Assembly (NCBI GenBank): GCA_951406725.2
Contig: OX597841.1
Location: 7,998,001 to 8,062,000 of the forward strand
Length of the DNA stretch: 64,000 nt
Origin: Octopus vulgaris
Lineage: Eukaryota
Direction: 5' to 3'
The position numbers and the translations under genes were made by a program. Below are positions 49,202 through 63,242 of this stretch, piece by piece. Every line of letters starts with the position of its first letter. Position 1 is the first letter of the stretch. Under the pieces are notes generated by a model. The model was not told where the DNA came from. It worked only from the letters and a program-made list of their open reading frames with translations, and made no database searches.

Positions 49202-51429
49202 CTTAAAAAAATAAAATAAAATAAAATAATCAAGGAACAGTTTCAATTTAGAAAATAGGATTAAAATTAAAAATTTCAGTTTCACACACATTTTAAATTC
49301 AGATTCTATGATTGTCATTGAACATGTTTCTCATACAGGATATCAAAGTAAAATACAGAAAGCAATCTAAACCACCACAATCTTGGGACAATTTTAGCTT
49401 GGCCCTGTGGCTAATGAAATCTTTATAAGGTTTTTAAGATTTACAGGAGGTTGCAACAGTGAGATGTACTTCCATGCAGTACTTGTATCTAGATGGGTAG
49501 ATTGTCCATTGAGAAATAACTGTATTCACCAGGAAGATAGTTTACTGAGGTGTACAGTAAACAAACAATTCATGAAATTTCTACTAATAATATTCATAAA
49601 AATTGTCAACCCATACAGATATAAGAAATTAAAATCATTTCACAATGAAATTTCTTCACATAACATGCAAAAAATGCCTCTCAATAAGAGAAATTAGAAG
49701 CGTTCTTCAGTAGATCATGGGAAAAAGGATATATCCGTTCTTCATCACAATATCAATGTAGTGTTTAAATGTATCCACTTAGGGTAATAGCATGATAGGA
49801 AGAAAGTGGTAAGATGCCAGACAAATGAAACCAAAGTAATTGAAAATACTGGGTCAAAAGATTCAAATATTAAGTTTTTATGTTGTTGAAGTTGATGTAG
49901 TTTTCATTCTGAGAACAAAATATAAATAAACCGAATAAAATAAATTATTGAAGTAAATACGTATATAGTACTGAGATGAACTTTTTAAATGAACTCTTTA
50001 AATTTAAACAGTTAGCTTTGCTTTTTTTGTCTTCCTATCATTTTTAATTAGAGCCCTCTATCCAAAGTTATGGGTTTAAAACCAAATAAACAGTTGTATA
50101 TCTTTTGGTTAGATTTGAATGGAACCTTTACTTTTGATGCCCTTATCCATAGATGCTTATGATTTTCAATTGTACATCAGACATTATGCTTTTGTCTTGT
50201 CATCCCTAATCAAAGTTTCTCAATCTCTTCTGTAATGATATTTAGGGTTTTTTTCATTTCCACACTGAAAAATTTTATAAGTGCATTATAAACATAACTC
50301 TTTGATTTATCCAAACTTGAAGTCTGAATGTGACATCTTTGAAATTTGTTGTATTGATTTGATTGTATAACTAATACAGAATCTTTGTATGTTTCTAGGC
50401 GACTGTTTGTTGTAAAGTGGAGCTAACAGTGATTGGGGATTTCATTGCATACATATAGAAGAATACAGGTTATTTATTGCAGAAAAATATGGTCTCCAAA
50501 TGACTGCTTATATTTGAAAAAATACTTCAATAGGATAGACACATTTTCTTGATGCTTTAAATCACCTCCTTTTCCTTCTCCTTCTTCATATCCACTCTCC
50601 ATGATGGCAAGGAAGGGTAGTCACATATGGGACCTTACTGAGACCGCTGTTTTCATAGACAAGTTGGAAGACTATGCCACATTTGGCTAGGTTTTGACTA
50701 TGTTTCAATAGATAGATGTGCTTCCTATGACCAACCTGTACACAGAGTGTACTAAATGTATTTTAGTGTAGTACCACCACTAGAGAAGTTGTCATATCTT
50801 TGGCTAGAGAAGACCAAATACACATCTTGACTCTATGCTTTCTCTGTTCATTTACAGCTACTTTACAGAGTGTATTGGGTGCATTTTATTGTGGAACCAG
50901 TATTAAAGACGAGGTTATGTCCTCAGCAAGAGAGAACTGAAGGGATCTCTTGACTCTATGCTTTCTCTGCTTATTTACCAACACCTTAACAGAGTGTATT
51001 GTAGATATTTTTTCTCATCACTATAAGAGTAGTGAGACTCAAAACTGCGACAGAGTCCAGTGGATGATGTTTATTTTCCTACTGTAAATGCCTCTCCCTG
51101 GCCACTCAGAAACTGGAGTTGCCCAAAAAAACATAGCTGAGCCAAAATGCACATTTTATTGCTACATTTTCAGAAATATATATATATTTAAATTGCTTAA
51201 TTACTGGCAATATAAAGTGTATCTCACATTTTATTTGGAAGTTCAATAGTCTTGTATAGGCATTTTTATAAGTTATATTAACTAGTGACATATTTTGCAA
51301 TAACTATTCAAAATATTGATCTAGTTTGTTTCCGAAAGTAGAACTTCACCAAAAAAGAGCCCCCCTCCCACCAATCATTGTGAGCAAGCAAATCACATTA
51401 AAGTTGATGACTTGAAAACTAGATCAATA

Positions 51430-51524
51430 TGTCCCATTTTTCATGGGTGCTGTAAAATGAACTAAAAAAAACAAACTCTTTTATTAGTTCATTGAAATGT
51501 ACAGCACCCATGAAAAATGGGACA
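51430..51524. repeat. 95-nt hairpin with perfect 25-bp arms
   Basis: tgtcccatttttcatgggtgctgta / tacagcacccatgaaaaatgggaca, plus inner aatgaactaa / ttagttcatt. Confidence 0.9.
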
Positions 51525-53449
51525 CTTCTATCAGTAAGAAGGGAAATAAATTTTGCTGGGTAACAACTCATAAAAGAATATGCTGAGTATCTACAGCTGG
51601 CAACTGATCTTGACGGAATCTTGAGTAATCATATGTTTGTAGATTATATATGTGTATAAGAAGTTATTTTGCATTTAATTTAAGCATGCCTAAAGATGTG
51701 ATTAATGTGTATTCTTCTCTGACATTATTGAAGTTGCATTTCCTTTCACAGCAGAAATGATTATGATGCTGCTGTCATTAGGACAATTTGTGATGACATT
51801 CATTTCTTCTTAAAATATGTTTTGGTTTAAAATGTTTGCCTTGCTCAGTAAATTTTTGTCTTTCCAGGTTAGCTCATATTTTCCAGTTTTTTTAACAAAC
51901 ATTTTGCTGAAAATAATGATTTCTAGGTAGGAGATGTAATCAAAAGTTTTATTGAAAACTTAGCTTCTCTAATTTCAAAATTCAGTGAGCTACCTTCAGT
52001 TAAGGATAATAAATGAGTTAGGTTGGGTACATCATTAGCTTTGAGACATCTTCTATGTGAACTGCATTAGTCTATTCAAATTCAAAATGAGATAATGCTT
52101 CAGTGGCATTGAATATAAAATCAAAATTTTTAGGTTTTGAATTGTGTTTTGACAAATTTTGAGTTCAAATGTCTTATTTATCAAGTTTCTATCCTAGGGA
52201 GAGATATTTCAATTAAACAGGTCTCTGTAAAACAAATTTGACACCTATCTATCCATTAATAGTGGATAAGGATACTGAAATATTACAGGAGAAATTAAAT
52301 GTGCCTACTTAAAACCTAGTAAAAAGGATATCAATATTTAGAAATTGGGCAGTTGTAGATGTTTACAGAATACACCATTTGAAGTAGGGTGGTTGTAGAG
52401 AGCAAAATATGGACTTCAGAGACCAGAAAAATTACAAACACCCATATTCATTTAAACTGGAGAAACTGATGTGATGTTTGGTCACAATAAATCCCTTAGT
52501 AAAATCAAGGATCAACAAACCCAAATTATCTTTCAGTTCTTTTGTTCATATTTACAGGTCATGCTCTTAATCTGAGGGAGTTCTTTGAAGCTCAACAACA
52601 ATATTGCACAGAATGGATGTCATTAACATAATTCTTAAAGTAAATAGAGTGAATACAGCAGGGTCAGTGTTAGAATAATGATTTTTTTAGAGATCAGTCA
52701 ACAAAAATTATTTGCAGACATTATCTTTCACAAACTCTCCAAGACTGGTAAGACTGATACAGCTCATGTTCAGTTGTACACATCAATATCTACAGGCAAG
52801 TCATAGGTGGGAAGGGAATTTCACATTGTTCAACTCTAAGAAGGTTTGATTATGCATAGTGGTCAATGAAATACAGTATTGACGAGAAGAATGGGAGAGA
52901 TAGATGTATTGGGTGAACTTGGATGGAGGTTGTTTAAAGCTAGGAGCAGTGATCGGAGTAATAATAATAAAAGAAGCAGAGAGAAGAGAAGCACATGTAC
53001 GGGCGAAGGATGGTATGTGTTACTGAATCATTATCAATTAGGGGGGCTTTCACTGAGAAAATCTGTCCTGGGTGTAGGGGATGTAATAGCAAATCTGTCC
53101 TGGGTGTAAGAGCAGTAATTCTTTGTGGATCTTACTTGAATTTTATAGAAAATCAGTAATTGCTCAAAAGCTGAAATATTTTCTACTTCTGAAGCGAAAA
53201 GGTAGTCTTTAGGATACTGTTTCAGTTAGGTTATGTGGGTTTTCAGGATATATTACCAGAAATTGTGAAACCTACCTTTTATAGTGACTACGACCTTAAT
53301 ATTAATCAGTTTTGTCCTCTTCAGTTCCACACAGGCTGACTTTATTTTTCCTTACTTTTAACTGATGAAGTAGTATTGATTTCATGACTACACTCCTTCC
53401 TTAAATAATAAACCGCTTTACTGATCAAAAAGACTGAATTCCATTGCAG

Positions 53450-53970
53450 AATGATTGGTGATAGGAAGGGCATTCAGCTGTAAAACCTATCACAACCCCC
53501 TAGCATAAAACAAATCATATACACCAGAGAGAGATGATGTAAGGAATATCAGATGATGATGGACTATGACAAGTGGCAAGGGCTGAGGTGGAACAAATCC
53601 TTCTAACTCATGCCAGCATGGAAAAATAGGCATAAGACAATGATAATAATGATGATGATCATCATCATAGTTTAACGTCCACTTTCCATGCTGGCATGCA
53701 TTGGACGGTTCGACTGAGGACTGGCAAGCCAGAAGGCTGCACCAGGTTCCAATCTGATCTGGCATGGTTTCTACAGCTCGATGCCTTTCCTAATGCCAAC
53801 CACTCTGAGACTGTAGTGGGTGCTTTTTATGTGCCACCAGTATGAGGGCCAGTCAGGCGATACTGGTATCGACCACCTCGGTTGATGCTTTTTATGTGTC
53901 ACTGGCACAGGAGCCAGCACTGGCAATGACCATGCTCCAGTGGTGGTTTTTACATGCCATCGACACAGGG
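53450..53970. mobile_element. Two RTE 3' UTR fragments tail-to-tail
   Basis: The plus copy ends catgccagcatggaaa...gatgatgat at ~53660; the minus copy begins catcatcat...ttccatgctggcatg. Confidence 0.7.
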
Positions 53971-54297
53971 TTGCTTAAAGATGGTAAGAATATGACAAAT
54001 CCATGCGTGTCGCTCACAAGTGAAGATGACTCACAAGTGAAGATGATTTTAGACACTTATGCAATCACAAGGAGACATAAATGCCCTCTCAGTGTACCCA
54101 CTCTTGACCCAGTAGATCATCAAGGAGGTGTTGCTTGAAGAGAGAGAGGGCTGCACCAGCACTTAGCTGGTAGTCATTTTCAGCTGAGTAGACTAGAGCA
54201 ATGTGAAGTGATGTGCTTTGCCCAAGGACACAATATGCCACTCAATCTGAGAATTTATACAAAGAAGTAAAAGACATTTGATGATGGTGAGGATATT

Positions 54298-54318
54298 AGT
54301 GATAGTAGTAGTAGTAAC

Positions 54319-54367
<49 letters not shown>

Positions 54368-54384
54368 ACAGTAGTAGTAGTAAC

Positions 54385-54415
<31 letters not shown>

Positions 54416-54417
54416 AC

Positions 54418-54466
<49 letters not shown>

Positions 54467-54576
54467 ACAGTAGTAGTAGTAGTAGTAGTAGTAGTTGTAG
54501 TAGTAGTAGTAGTAGTTGTAGTAGTAGTAGTAATAGTAGTAGTAGTAGTAGTAACAGTAACAGTAGTAGTAGTAAC

Positions 54577-54607
<31 letters not shown>

Positions 54608-54609
54608 AC

Positions 54610-54640
<31 letters not shown>

Positions 54641-54648
54641 ACAGTAAC

Positions 54649-54679
<31 letters not shown>

Positions 54680-54726
54680 ACAGTAGTAGTAGTAACAGTA
54701 GTAGTAGTAGTAGTAGTAGTAGTAAC

Positions 54727-54775
<49 letters not shown>

Positions 54776-54848
54776 ATAGTAACAGTAGTAGTAGTAGTAG
54801 TAGTAGTAGTTGTAGTAGTAGTAGTAGTAGTTGTAGTAGTAGTAGTAA

Positions 54849-54880
<32 letters not shown>

Positions 54881-54888
54881 ACAGTAAC

Positions 54889-54962
<74 letters not shown>

Positions 54963-54990
54963 GAGGAGGAGGAGGAGGAGGAGGAGGAGG
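54298..54990. repeat. (GTA)n microsatellite with ACA/GTT/ATA interruptions, then (GGA)10
   Basis: Direct reading. Lies ~25 nt into the intron after the 55015 donor. Confidence 0.97.
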
Positions 54991-55014
54991 AACAAATATT
55001 TATATTTAACATAC

Positions 55015-55263
55015 ATTTCAACAGGATATTAATTTCCTTTCTGGCTGTCAAATTTCCATTCCTTTCGCTCTTTGCAATGGCAGTGCAGGAAACACGACTG
55101 ATATTTTTACGATTAAAAGTTAATATAGAATTTGAAAGGAACGTTCGATTTTCATCCTCCAACCACACTTCTGGGGTAGGGTTTCCTTTTGCATTACAGT
55201 CTATAATGGATGCTTGATTCTCAAATAATGTCACATTCTCTGGTGCAGTAATATCAGGTGGAT
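55015..55263 (-). CDS. Ig-superfamily receptor, Ig-domain exon (most 5' exon found in the window)
   Basis: Acceptor ttttatag|AT, donor AAAT|gtatgt, 249 nt, phase 1-1. Translates (Y/D)PPDITAPENVTLFENQASIIDCNAKGNPTPEVWLEDENRTFLSNSILTFNRKNISRVSCTAIAKSERNGNLTARKEINILLK, with the Ig C-x-A-x-GNP-x-P-x-V-W pattern and a second Cys. Confidence 0.9.
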
Positions 55264-57234
55264 CTATAAAATTTTTAAAAAAATTAATTAATGAAATTTT
55301 TAAATATCACACACTGAAAACTTTTGAAGAAACATCCTGAAACACTTTGCTATAAATTATTATGAAATTTGTTTAATTCTTTGAATCCTAACATTCTGTC
55401 AGGTGTGCCACAATACCAGCCATCTACATGAAAATCACAAAAACACTGAAAAAATAAGGCAAATTCAACCGGAAAAAATGTAATAAATATAATACTTTCT
55501 ACTATAGGTGCAAAGCCTGAAATTTGGGGGAGGAAGCTACTTGATTACATTAACCCCAATGTTGAACTGGTGTTTATTTTATCACTCTGAAAGGATGAAA
55601 GACTAAGTCAACCTTTGTAGAATCTGAACTTTGAATGTAAAGACAAATGAAATACTGCTAAGCATTTTGTCTGGGGTGATAAATATAAATTATGTTTAAT
55701 TTGTCAAGAGAGATCTTTCACATCACTCCCTTATGTCTTCTGTCTTTGATCACAAAATTTTTCAGTAGTTATTATCTCCAGTGCAAATAAACAAGAATAT
55801 ATTCTTATCTTTCACACCCCAATCCTGTCCTCACTACCCTGCCCCTTGTAACAATGCCATCCTGTTGTCCCTCACCTCCTCTATATACCCAAGTTTCACC
55901 AGTCACCATATTCCCCTTCTCCCTGCTCTCTGCATTCATGTCAAGTCCTTACTTCCTGCTCATGCACCCTTGGAAATAATCTACCATCCCATTTATATTT
56001 CGATCCCTGTACCTTGAGGTATGCCCTGGCACTTCATCACCATCACTCTCTCTCTCTCTCTCTCACCTTTCTCACTCTTGCTCTCTCTCACCCTTTTCTC
56101 TCATGTTCTCTCACACTCTCACTCTCTTCCAGTCTCTCTCTCATTCTTGATCTTTCGTCTCTCTTCTCTCTCTCGGTCTCTCCCTCTGACTGGATAACCA
56201 TGTATCTCCTCTACACCAACACACCAGTTTCTGTCCCTCTGTCACACTATAACCTCTCATCACCTGACACAAACCCACCTCCTCCAATACAGAAGATCTT
56301 TGTGTAGTGAATTACTGAATGACTCCAGCAGATCTGGTGCCAAATAAAAAGCATCCAGTTCACGTTGTAAAGTGGTTGGTGTTAGGAAGAGCATCCAGCC
56401 ATAGAAGCCATGCCAAAACAGACAGTGATGCCTGGTGCCAGCTTCTGGCTTGCTAGATCCAGTCAAACTGTCCAACTCATGCCAGCATGGAAAACGGATG
56501 TTAAATGACAATGAAGATGATGATGATGATGATATTCATTCTCACAATTATAATCAGAATATGATGCATTTATCTTTGATATATTATCTTTTTGATAGAG
56601 AATTTCTTTGTGTTGACCAACCTCTCTTCATGTGACGTATCTATTGCTGGCAGATCCCAAGCATTCTATCAATAGTCTCTGCACAAAAGGCTTCCTGAAG
56701 TAAATTTTACAAGAGAAACTCGATAAGAATAAGCTTTGAGTATTTGGCAACAATTAAATAAAACAAGAACTACACATGAATTATACATAAAGCTATTTGG
56801 GAGCCTTTATACAGTAGCTCAACCTGCCTGAAATAGAAGCCAAATTTCCTTTACATCATTCCATGTCTTAAATACACTATGTTTGAAAAAATAGTGTAGG
56901 ACAAAAGTCCATCAAACATGTTAACTGTTGTAACTATTTTAAGTAGGCAATGATTGTAACAGAGAAAATATTCGGCATTTTTTAAATTTTAGTGTCATAC
57001 TAATTAAAATTGCTGTCTTCCATTCATAGTCTTGTTCTTCCAGGTGCAAATGACACATAGTAAGCAACCAACACATTCTGTTAAGTGGTTGGCATTAGGA
57101 AAGGCATTCACTTGTACAAACCATGCCATAACAAACGACTGGAGTTTGGCCAGTTGGCAAGTTCCATGTCAAACTGTCCAACCCACAGCAAGGAAAATGT
57201 AAGTTAAATGACAATGATAGTGTATATATATATA

Positions 57235-57279
<45 letters not shown>

Positions 57280-57286
<7 letters not shown>

Positions 57287-60230
57287 TAAATGAAATAAAA
57301 CATATGCATATATATAAACATATATGTACGTACCTACCTCTACATGTACACATACACGCATATATGAGTACAGGACACCAAACGGACGTCGAACACAAAG
57401 AGAAACGAAAACATAGACACAAACCAAAGGAACTGGACATTTTTTTAAAAACAACAAAAAAACAAAAAAATGGAGTACAGGACAATTAACACAAAGAAAA
57501 AACCCCTTCTTCAGTCGCTATGGTTTCATCTACTCTACGTTTCGAAGGATAAAAGCGAGACATATCTTCGACAAGAAACTTTCCTTCCTGTGAAAAGCAA
57601 ATCAATTAAAATTCTGAGATCTTTTCGCAGAGGGGTAAAAAATGGTAAAAAAATGGTAAAAAAACAGGACAGTAACGACAGTACAAAAATATAAACAGTA
57701 AAAGACAGGACAGGGAAAAACAAGATAAGAAGGGCTGTTGACGCCGAACGAAAAAAGTATTGCAAACGCAGAATTTTTTGTGAACGACAGGGGAATCAAG
57801 CATTGGACAATGTAGATGATGATAAGTCCAGATAATTTTTTGAAAAATAACTTTCATTATTCTGTTGTGTCTGGGGAGAGTCATTTTCTTTTTGTGCCTT
57901 ATGATATAACACACGCACCGGGACAATTTCCACTTATTTCTTATTTTTATTTTCCTAAAATTTTCATTGCATCTTGCAACCTTTTCAATAGTCTTGACTG
58001 TCCGTTATTTACACTGAGTTCCTTTTTGTTTGTTTGTGCACATGTGTGTGGGTCAGTGTGTGTGTGTGTGCATGCACGTATGTATGTATGTGTGTATGCA
58101 TGTATGCAAGTGTGTGTAAGTATATATATGTGTGTGTATGCATATGTAAATATGTGTGCATCTGTATGCATCTGTATGTATGTATTCTGCATATTCATGT
58201 GCTTGCATATCCGTGTTTGTGTATTTTCTATGTATGTGTGTGTGAGCATGCGTTTGTATATGTATGCACCTCTGTCTCCTTGTCTATGCATGTCTGTGTG
58301 TGTGTTTGTGTGTGCGTGTGTGTGTTTGTGTGTGTTTGTTTTGCAACTATGTACCATGTTTATATGTATGGATTTGTATCTCTATATGTGTGGACCCGTG
58401 TCTCCATATGTGTCCTTGTGTGGAGTAAAGTGTGTGTGTGTATATATGGTCATGTGTGTCAGTCTCTATTTGCGTATGTGTGCTTGTCTGTTCTTATAAT
58501 CTATGTACCTATCCGTCTGTATGTTGATCTGTTTATTTTCATATCCATATGCTTACATACAAAAAAGAAAATCCCACGTGCATACACAACTGTGGTATGG
58601 AGGTATGGTGTCTACTATGCATATTTCCTGTTTAGTATTGGGGAAGTTTCATTTATAAGGACGTATTCCAGTATTTGTCTGAGTGTTGGGTCTTTTGGGT
58701 GCTTGGAAAAGATGCGGATGTCAAGTTGACTCAAGTTGCCTCCCTGGTGGTCTTTGGCATGTTGGTAGAGTATGGAGGACTGTTTTCTGTCGTCATATTG
58801 TCTCAGATGTTCATTTAGTCGTTCCGCAATGCTCCTAGACGTCTCCCCTATGTACATCATGTTCATGTCTTTACAAGCACCTTCTATGCATCTTCTGCTG
58901 TAAACTACATTTCGAGTTCTACAGGTAATGCCAGAGCTAATCCTACATACGAGGGGCGTTCAATAAGTAATGCCCCTGACCCAGTTCCCTTAGCAGTAGA
59001 GCAACGAAACTTGGCACAGTTATTAGTCTTTTCCTACATAGGAACCACCCAGACTTACGCATTTCTCCCATCGTTTGATGCAGCTCTGAAGACCGTTTTT
59101 GTAGAAGACCCCAGCTTGGTCCTCCAACCACGACGTGACTTTAGAAATCAAGGCTGCATCATCTGGGAAACGCTTTCCTTTCAAAAACAACTTCATGGCT
59201 GGGAAGAGGTGAAAATCAGAGGGTGCAAGGTCAGGAAAGTAGGGGGGATGGGGGATGAGTTCATAGCCATACACCTGTGCTTCTGATCTGGCGACAAGCG
59301 AGTTGTGGACCGGAGCGTTGTCCTGCAGGAGGAGGATGCCTTTGCTGATCTTGCCCCGCCTCTTGATTTTGATAACTTCTCTTAATTTCCTCAAAAGTGA
59401 AGCATAATAGACTCCTGTAATTGTGGCACCCTTTGCCAGGAAATCTGTCTTCACTACTCCGTCCTGGTCCCAGAAGACTGTAAGCATGACCTTGCCAGCG
59501 GAGGGCTGCACCCTTGCCTTCTTTGGAGGAGGTGAGTCACGTGTTCTCCCTGTTTGTCACAAGTTCTTTGTATCTTATTCCATTCTTTGTTTCTATATCT
59601 AGGGCAGGTACCACTGATATCATTACGTATAACATTACCTAATTTCCTACTAGCTGCCTCCACCCCTTGTATACTCGAACCCTACCTTTCTGATCATACC
59701 CAGAGAATTGCATGCAGTGCATGAAGTTCTGTATATGTCTTATTCATTTTTAGGGTTCGCATAGTGGGGACACATTGTTAATTATTCTAACTAAGCCTGC
59801 AATCAGTATGTTAATTTTCATCTTGTGTGACAAAGCTGAGTTCTTGTGAACAACATATTTTGAAGTTATGGGTTTCATGTAATAGGAGTGGAAGAGCTGC
59901 ACTTATTGTTCAGTCTCTAACCAAAGTTCAGTATCAAGTACAGGGAGTCTATTGTTGGAGTGCTTGGTGGGGGAATCTATAGTTTTCTTGATACTTTGGT
60001 GAATGGAGTTAGCTATTTGCTGGATGCTCTCCATTATGTTCTTCTCAGTTTCTACATTACCGTCACTAGAGTTGGTCCTAACTATGATATTAATGTCATC
60101 TTCATATCTACTGTAGAGTAGAAGAGTTAAGGACTGTTCTGCTAAACTTTGTTTAAGTTTTCTGTCCCACCAGGTCATGAAGAGGCCAGCCACATCTCCA
60201 GCTACACCTACATGTGGATACATACAGATG
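57280..60230 (-). mobile_element. Penelope-like retroelement (RT and GIY-YIG, with pLTR-like region), interrupted by mariner
   Basis: RT motifs LYSRYEDDI...RLPVLD at 59903-60241; endonuclease CRTRNVVY...C...YIGETSRSIAERLNEH...RQILE...P.LN at 58615-58945. The outer boundary is approximate. Confidence 0.85.
58950..59555 (-). mobile_element. mariner (DD34D) 3' half nested in the Penelope element
   Basis: TA plus TIR cgaggggcgttcaataagtaatgccc. Open ORF SAGKVMLTVFWD...LQDNAPVH...HPPYFPDLAPSDFHLF...RWEKCV. Confidence 0.93.
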
Positions 60231-60576
60231 GTTAGGTACATAGATTATAAGAACAGACAAGCACACATATGCAAATGGAGACTGAAACACATGACCATTT
60301 TTACAGACCAAGAATCAACTTATCATCTATTGAAAGAACTGACCAACTGTATAGATATAAACACAATTTTTTTCTTCTTTCTTTCTTCCTTCCTTTCCTT
60401 CTCTTTTCCATTGACACTAAGAAAAAACACATTTTTTCACTTTGAAAACATTTTTCTTTCAGAAAACCTGGTAAGCTGGCTGAACCAAAGTAAGCATCTG
60501 TCCCAGCCACCTACTTAAAAAATATATATTCTTTTGCTTTGGCTTTTGTTCAAAAGCTTCCTTTCAGATACATGAG

Positions 60577-60612
<36 letters not shown>

Positions 60613-60942
60613 TACAAACAGACACACACACACACAAACACACACACAGACAAACACACACACACACAAACACACACACTCTCACTTTTTCTCCCACTGT
60701 CTCCCCATTTCTCTCCCTCTTTTCCTACCCTATACACTCCACATTACTCTTCTCCCCCCTCTCTTTACTTATTCACTAATACTGTAAAAAGAGATAAATC
60801 CCTTCACAAAATGTAAATCTGAAAAATCTATTAGAGTAGATGAAAGTGCTGATATGTGATTTGTAAAAACATTCGACACTTTAATAAATATTTGTATATG
60901 TTCAACCATCTAGATCACTGAACACCTTATTTATTTATATAC

Positions 60943-61011
<69 letters not shown>

Positions 61012-61015
61012 TAAT

Positions 61016-62278
61016 AATGCCAAGAAAAGAGGGAGGCCGTGGTCTTTTGCAACTGGCAATAACAATGAAGATTGCTACAATTGGCCAAGACACCTACCTG
61101 AAAAACTCTGAGGACTGGATGTTAAAACTTGTCTCAAAACATGAAAACAAGAAAGCATCATACTCAGTCACAAAACAGGCAAAGGAATATCTAAGTGAAT
61201 TCCGAATACAGCCAATTTCGGAATTAGAGATAGACATACAAGAAACAAGCACAGAAAAAGCTAGGCGCATGAAAACCCGTGCCAAAACTGCGGCCTCAGA
61301 TATTCTGAATAATAAATAGCAAGAAAAACCTCTCTATGGCAAATACCCAAAGAGAGCGAATAATGCAGATATTGATAAAGCCCTGACCCATCAATGGCTA
61401 ATGGCCTCTGGCTTAAAATCTGAAACAGAAGGGTTTATCATAGCAGCTCAAGATCAATGCCTACCAACAAGAAACTACCAGGCCAACATATTAAAAAATG
61501 GCAGTAGCCCAACATGTCGTGCATGGCGACAACAAAATGAAACCATTGATCATGTTGTCTTCAAATGCAGTCTTCTAGCGCCTACAGAGTACCTCAACAG
61601 GCATGGTAGAGCTGCACAATATATTCACTGGGTAATTTGCAAAAACCTGGATTTGCCCCATGAAAAAAACTGGTGGGAACACAATCCACCTCCATTGCTT
61701 GAAAATGACCACATCTCACTCCTCTGGAACTTCACCATTCAAACTGACAGAAAGATAGATGCAAATAGGCCAGACATCATATTGAAAGACTTCAGACAAA
61801 GAACATGCCTCCTCATTGATATGACTGTCCCAATCGATATAAACGTATCTGTCAAGACCTACCAAAAACTGAGCAAATATAAAGATCTTGAAATAGAAAT
61901 CAGCAAAATGTGGAAGCTGAAGACTAAAACAATATCTGTTGTCATAGGTGCCCTGGGAATGATAGCGAAAGTGGCTGATTGCTACCTAACTCAGATACCA
62001 GGAAACCACAAAATGGCAGAAATTCAAAAGATAGTGCTCATGGGAACTGATCATATCCTACGCAAAATACTCTCTATGTAATCCCAAGGTTTAAAACAAA
62101 CTTTTTTTTTTTTTTAAATTTAGGTATTAGACATTCACTAGTACAACACCAAAAAAAACCCCAAATATATGGCACACTAGGCATAACAACAACGTGAACT
62201 TCCAACCTGTTGTCTCTTGAGGTCTCTAGGTGAGACTTGGAGCCAACTTGTACAGACATAAAGCAAAAGTCAAACATA
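61016..62278 (+). mobile_element. R4/Dong-clade RLE non-LTR retrotransposon, 5'-truncated, inserted in (TAA)n
   Basis: PRKEGGRGL, AAQDQCLPTRNY, zinc knuckle CRAW...ETIDHVVFKC, RH, NRPDIILKD...IDMTVP...KYKDL. One in-frame stop at ~61317. (AAT)n on both sides. Confidence 0.9.
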
Positions 62279-62290
62279 GAATAATAATAA

Positions 62291-62351
<61 letters not shown>

Positions 62352-62354
<3 letters not shown>

Positions 62355-62908
62355 GCCCTGATGCAGTACCAGGCAGTGGCTCTCATGGCTTCTGATCTTA
62401 ACTGATTGGAAGTGTTATCATGTACATTGTTTTGTCTTGGTATAAAAGATGGGCTACAGCAAATATTCTGCTCAATACCACAGATTTGCTTGTCAGTTGT
62501 TTGACCATAACCAGTTGAGCATGTCCCTTAGTGGCTGACGATATGTGCATCTCTGATCACGAGCAGAAGTAGTGGGGGAGCATCATAGCCATGTGTTGAG
62601 AAGGATTCTTTGGGGTTTGAATAATTCACCTCTGGAAACATGGGTGTTTCGTTCAACGTCCTTAAACAACCCTTATTCAGGGACCTTTTGAGCGGGATGG
62701 GTTACTCGATCTGAAGAAAATTCTAACTGGGCTCCACCTGCAAGGTCATGTGCTGTTTATCTTGATATGAGATCACCATGTCGCGCACATATGGTTGTGA
62801 TGCATGTGCCTGGTGTACCCTTATCAGACGGGTAGTCATCATGGGTATACTGGGCTTCGTATATTTTACCCCAGTGTCACTTTGATGGCATGCTCTGCTC
62901 GCTCACTC
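62352..62908. mobile_element. Non-coding ~560-bp element embedded in (TAA)n
   Basis: Sharp boundaries with (AAT)n on both sides and higher GC than the flanks. No ORF. Confidence 0.5.
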
Positions 62909-63242
62909 AATAATAATAATAATAATAATAATTAGAAAATGGAAATGAATTGGATATAAATGAATTTATTAATTAATCAATATCATCATCTATAATTGTT
63001 TCATTTCATGAAGTCAAAATTACAAGACATATACAAATATAAATAAATTTTTCATTTTAAATACCTTTGGTGAAAATCTTCAGATTGCATAAAAGGATAA
63101 TATAAGGACTACATAGTGATTTGATGGAATATTCAATTTATACACAGAATATATATTTATGTTTACTATGTGTAAGTGTGTGTGCACGCATTGTTAAAAA
63201 TATTCATTCATTTTTTAAATTCACTATTACTAATAACAATAT

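Noticed and set aside
49400-52600. Possible additional exons or transposase
   Set aside because: Looks like old coding-derived DNA, but I could not find intact motifs, frames or termini to support a call.
54255-55016. Poly-Leu and poly-Val ORFs
   Set aside because: Translations of the (GTA)n microsatellite.
57816-58729. Long Cys/Val-rich ORFs (also 24934-25351 and 32860-33298)
   Set aside because: Translations of degenerate (GT)n/(CA)n low-complexity sequence.
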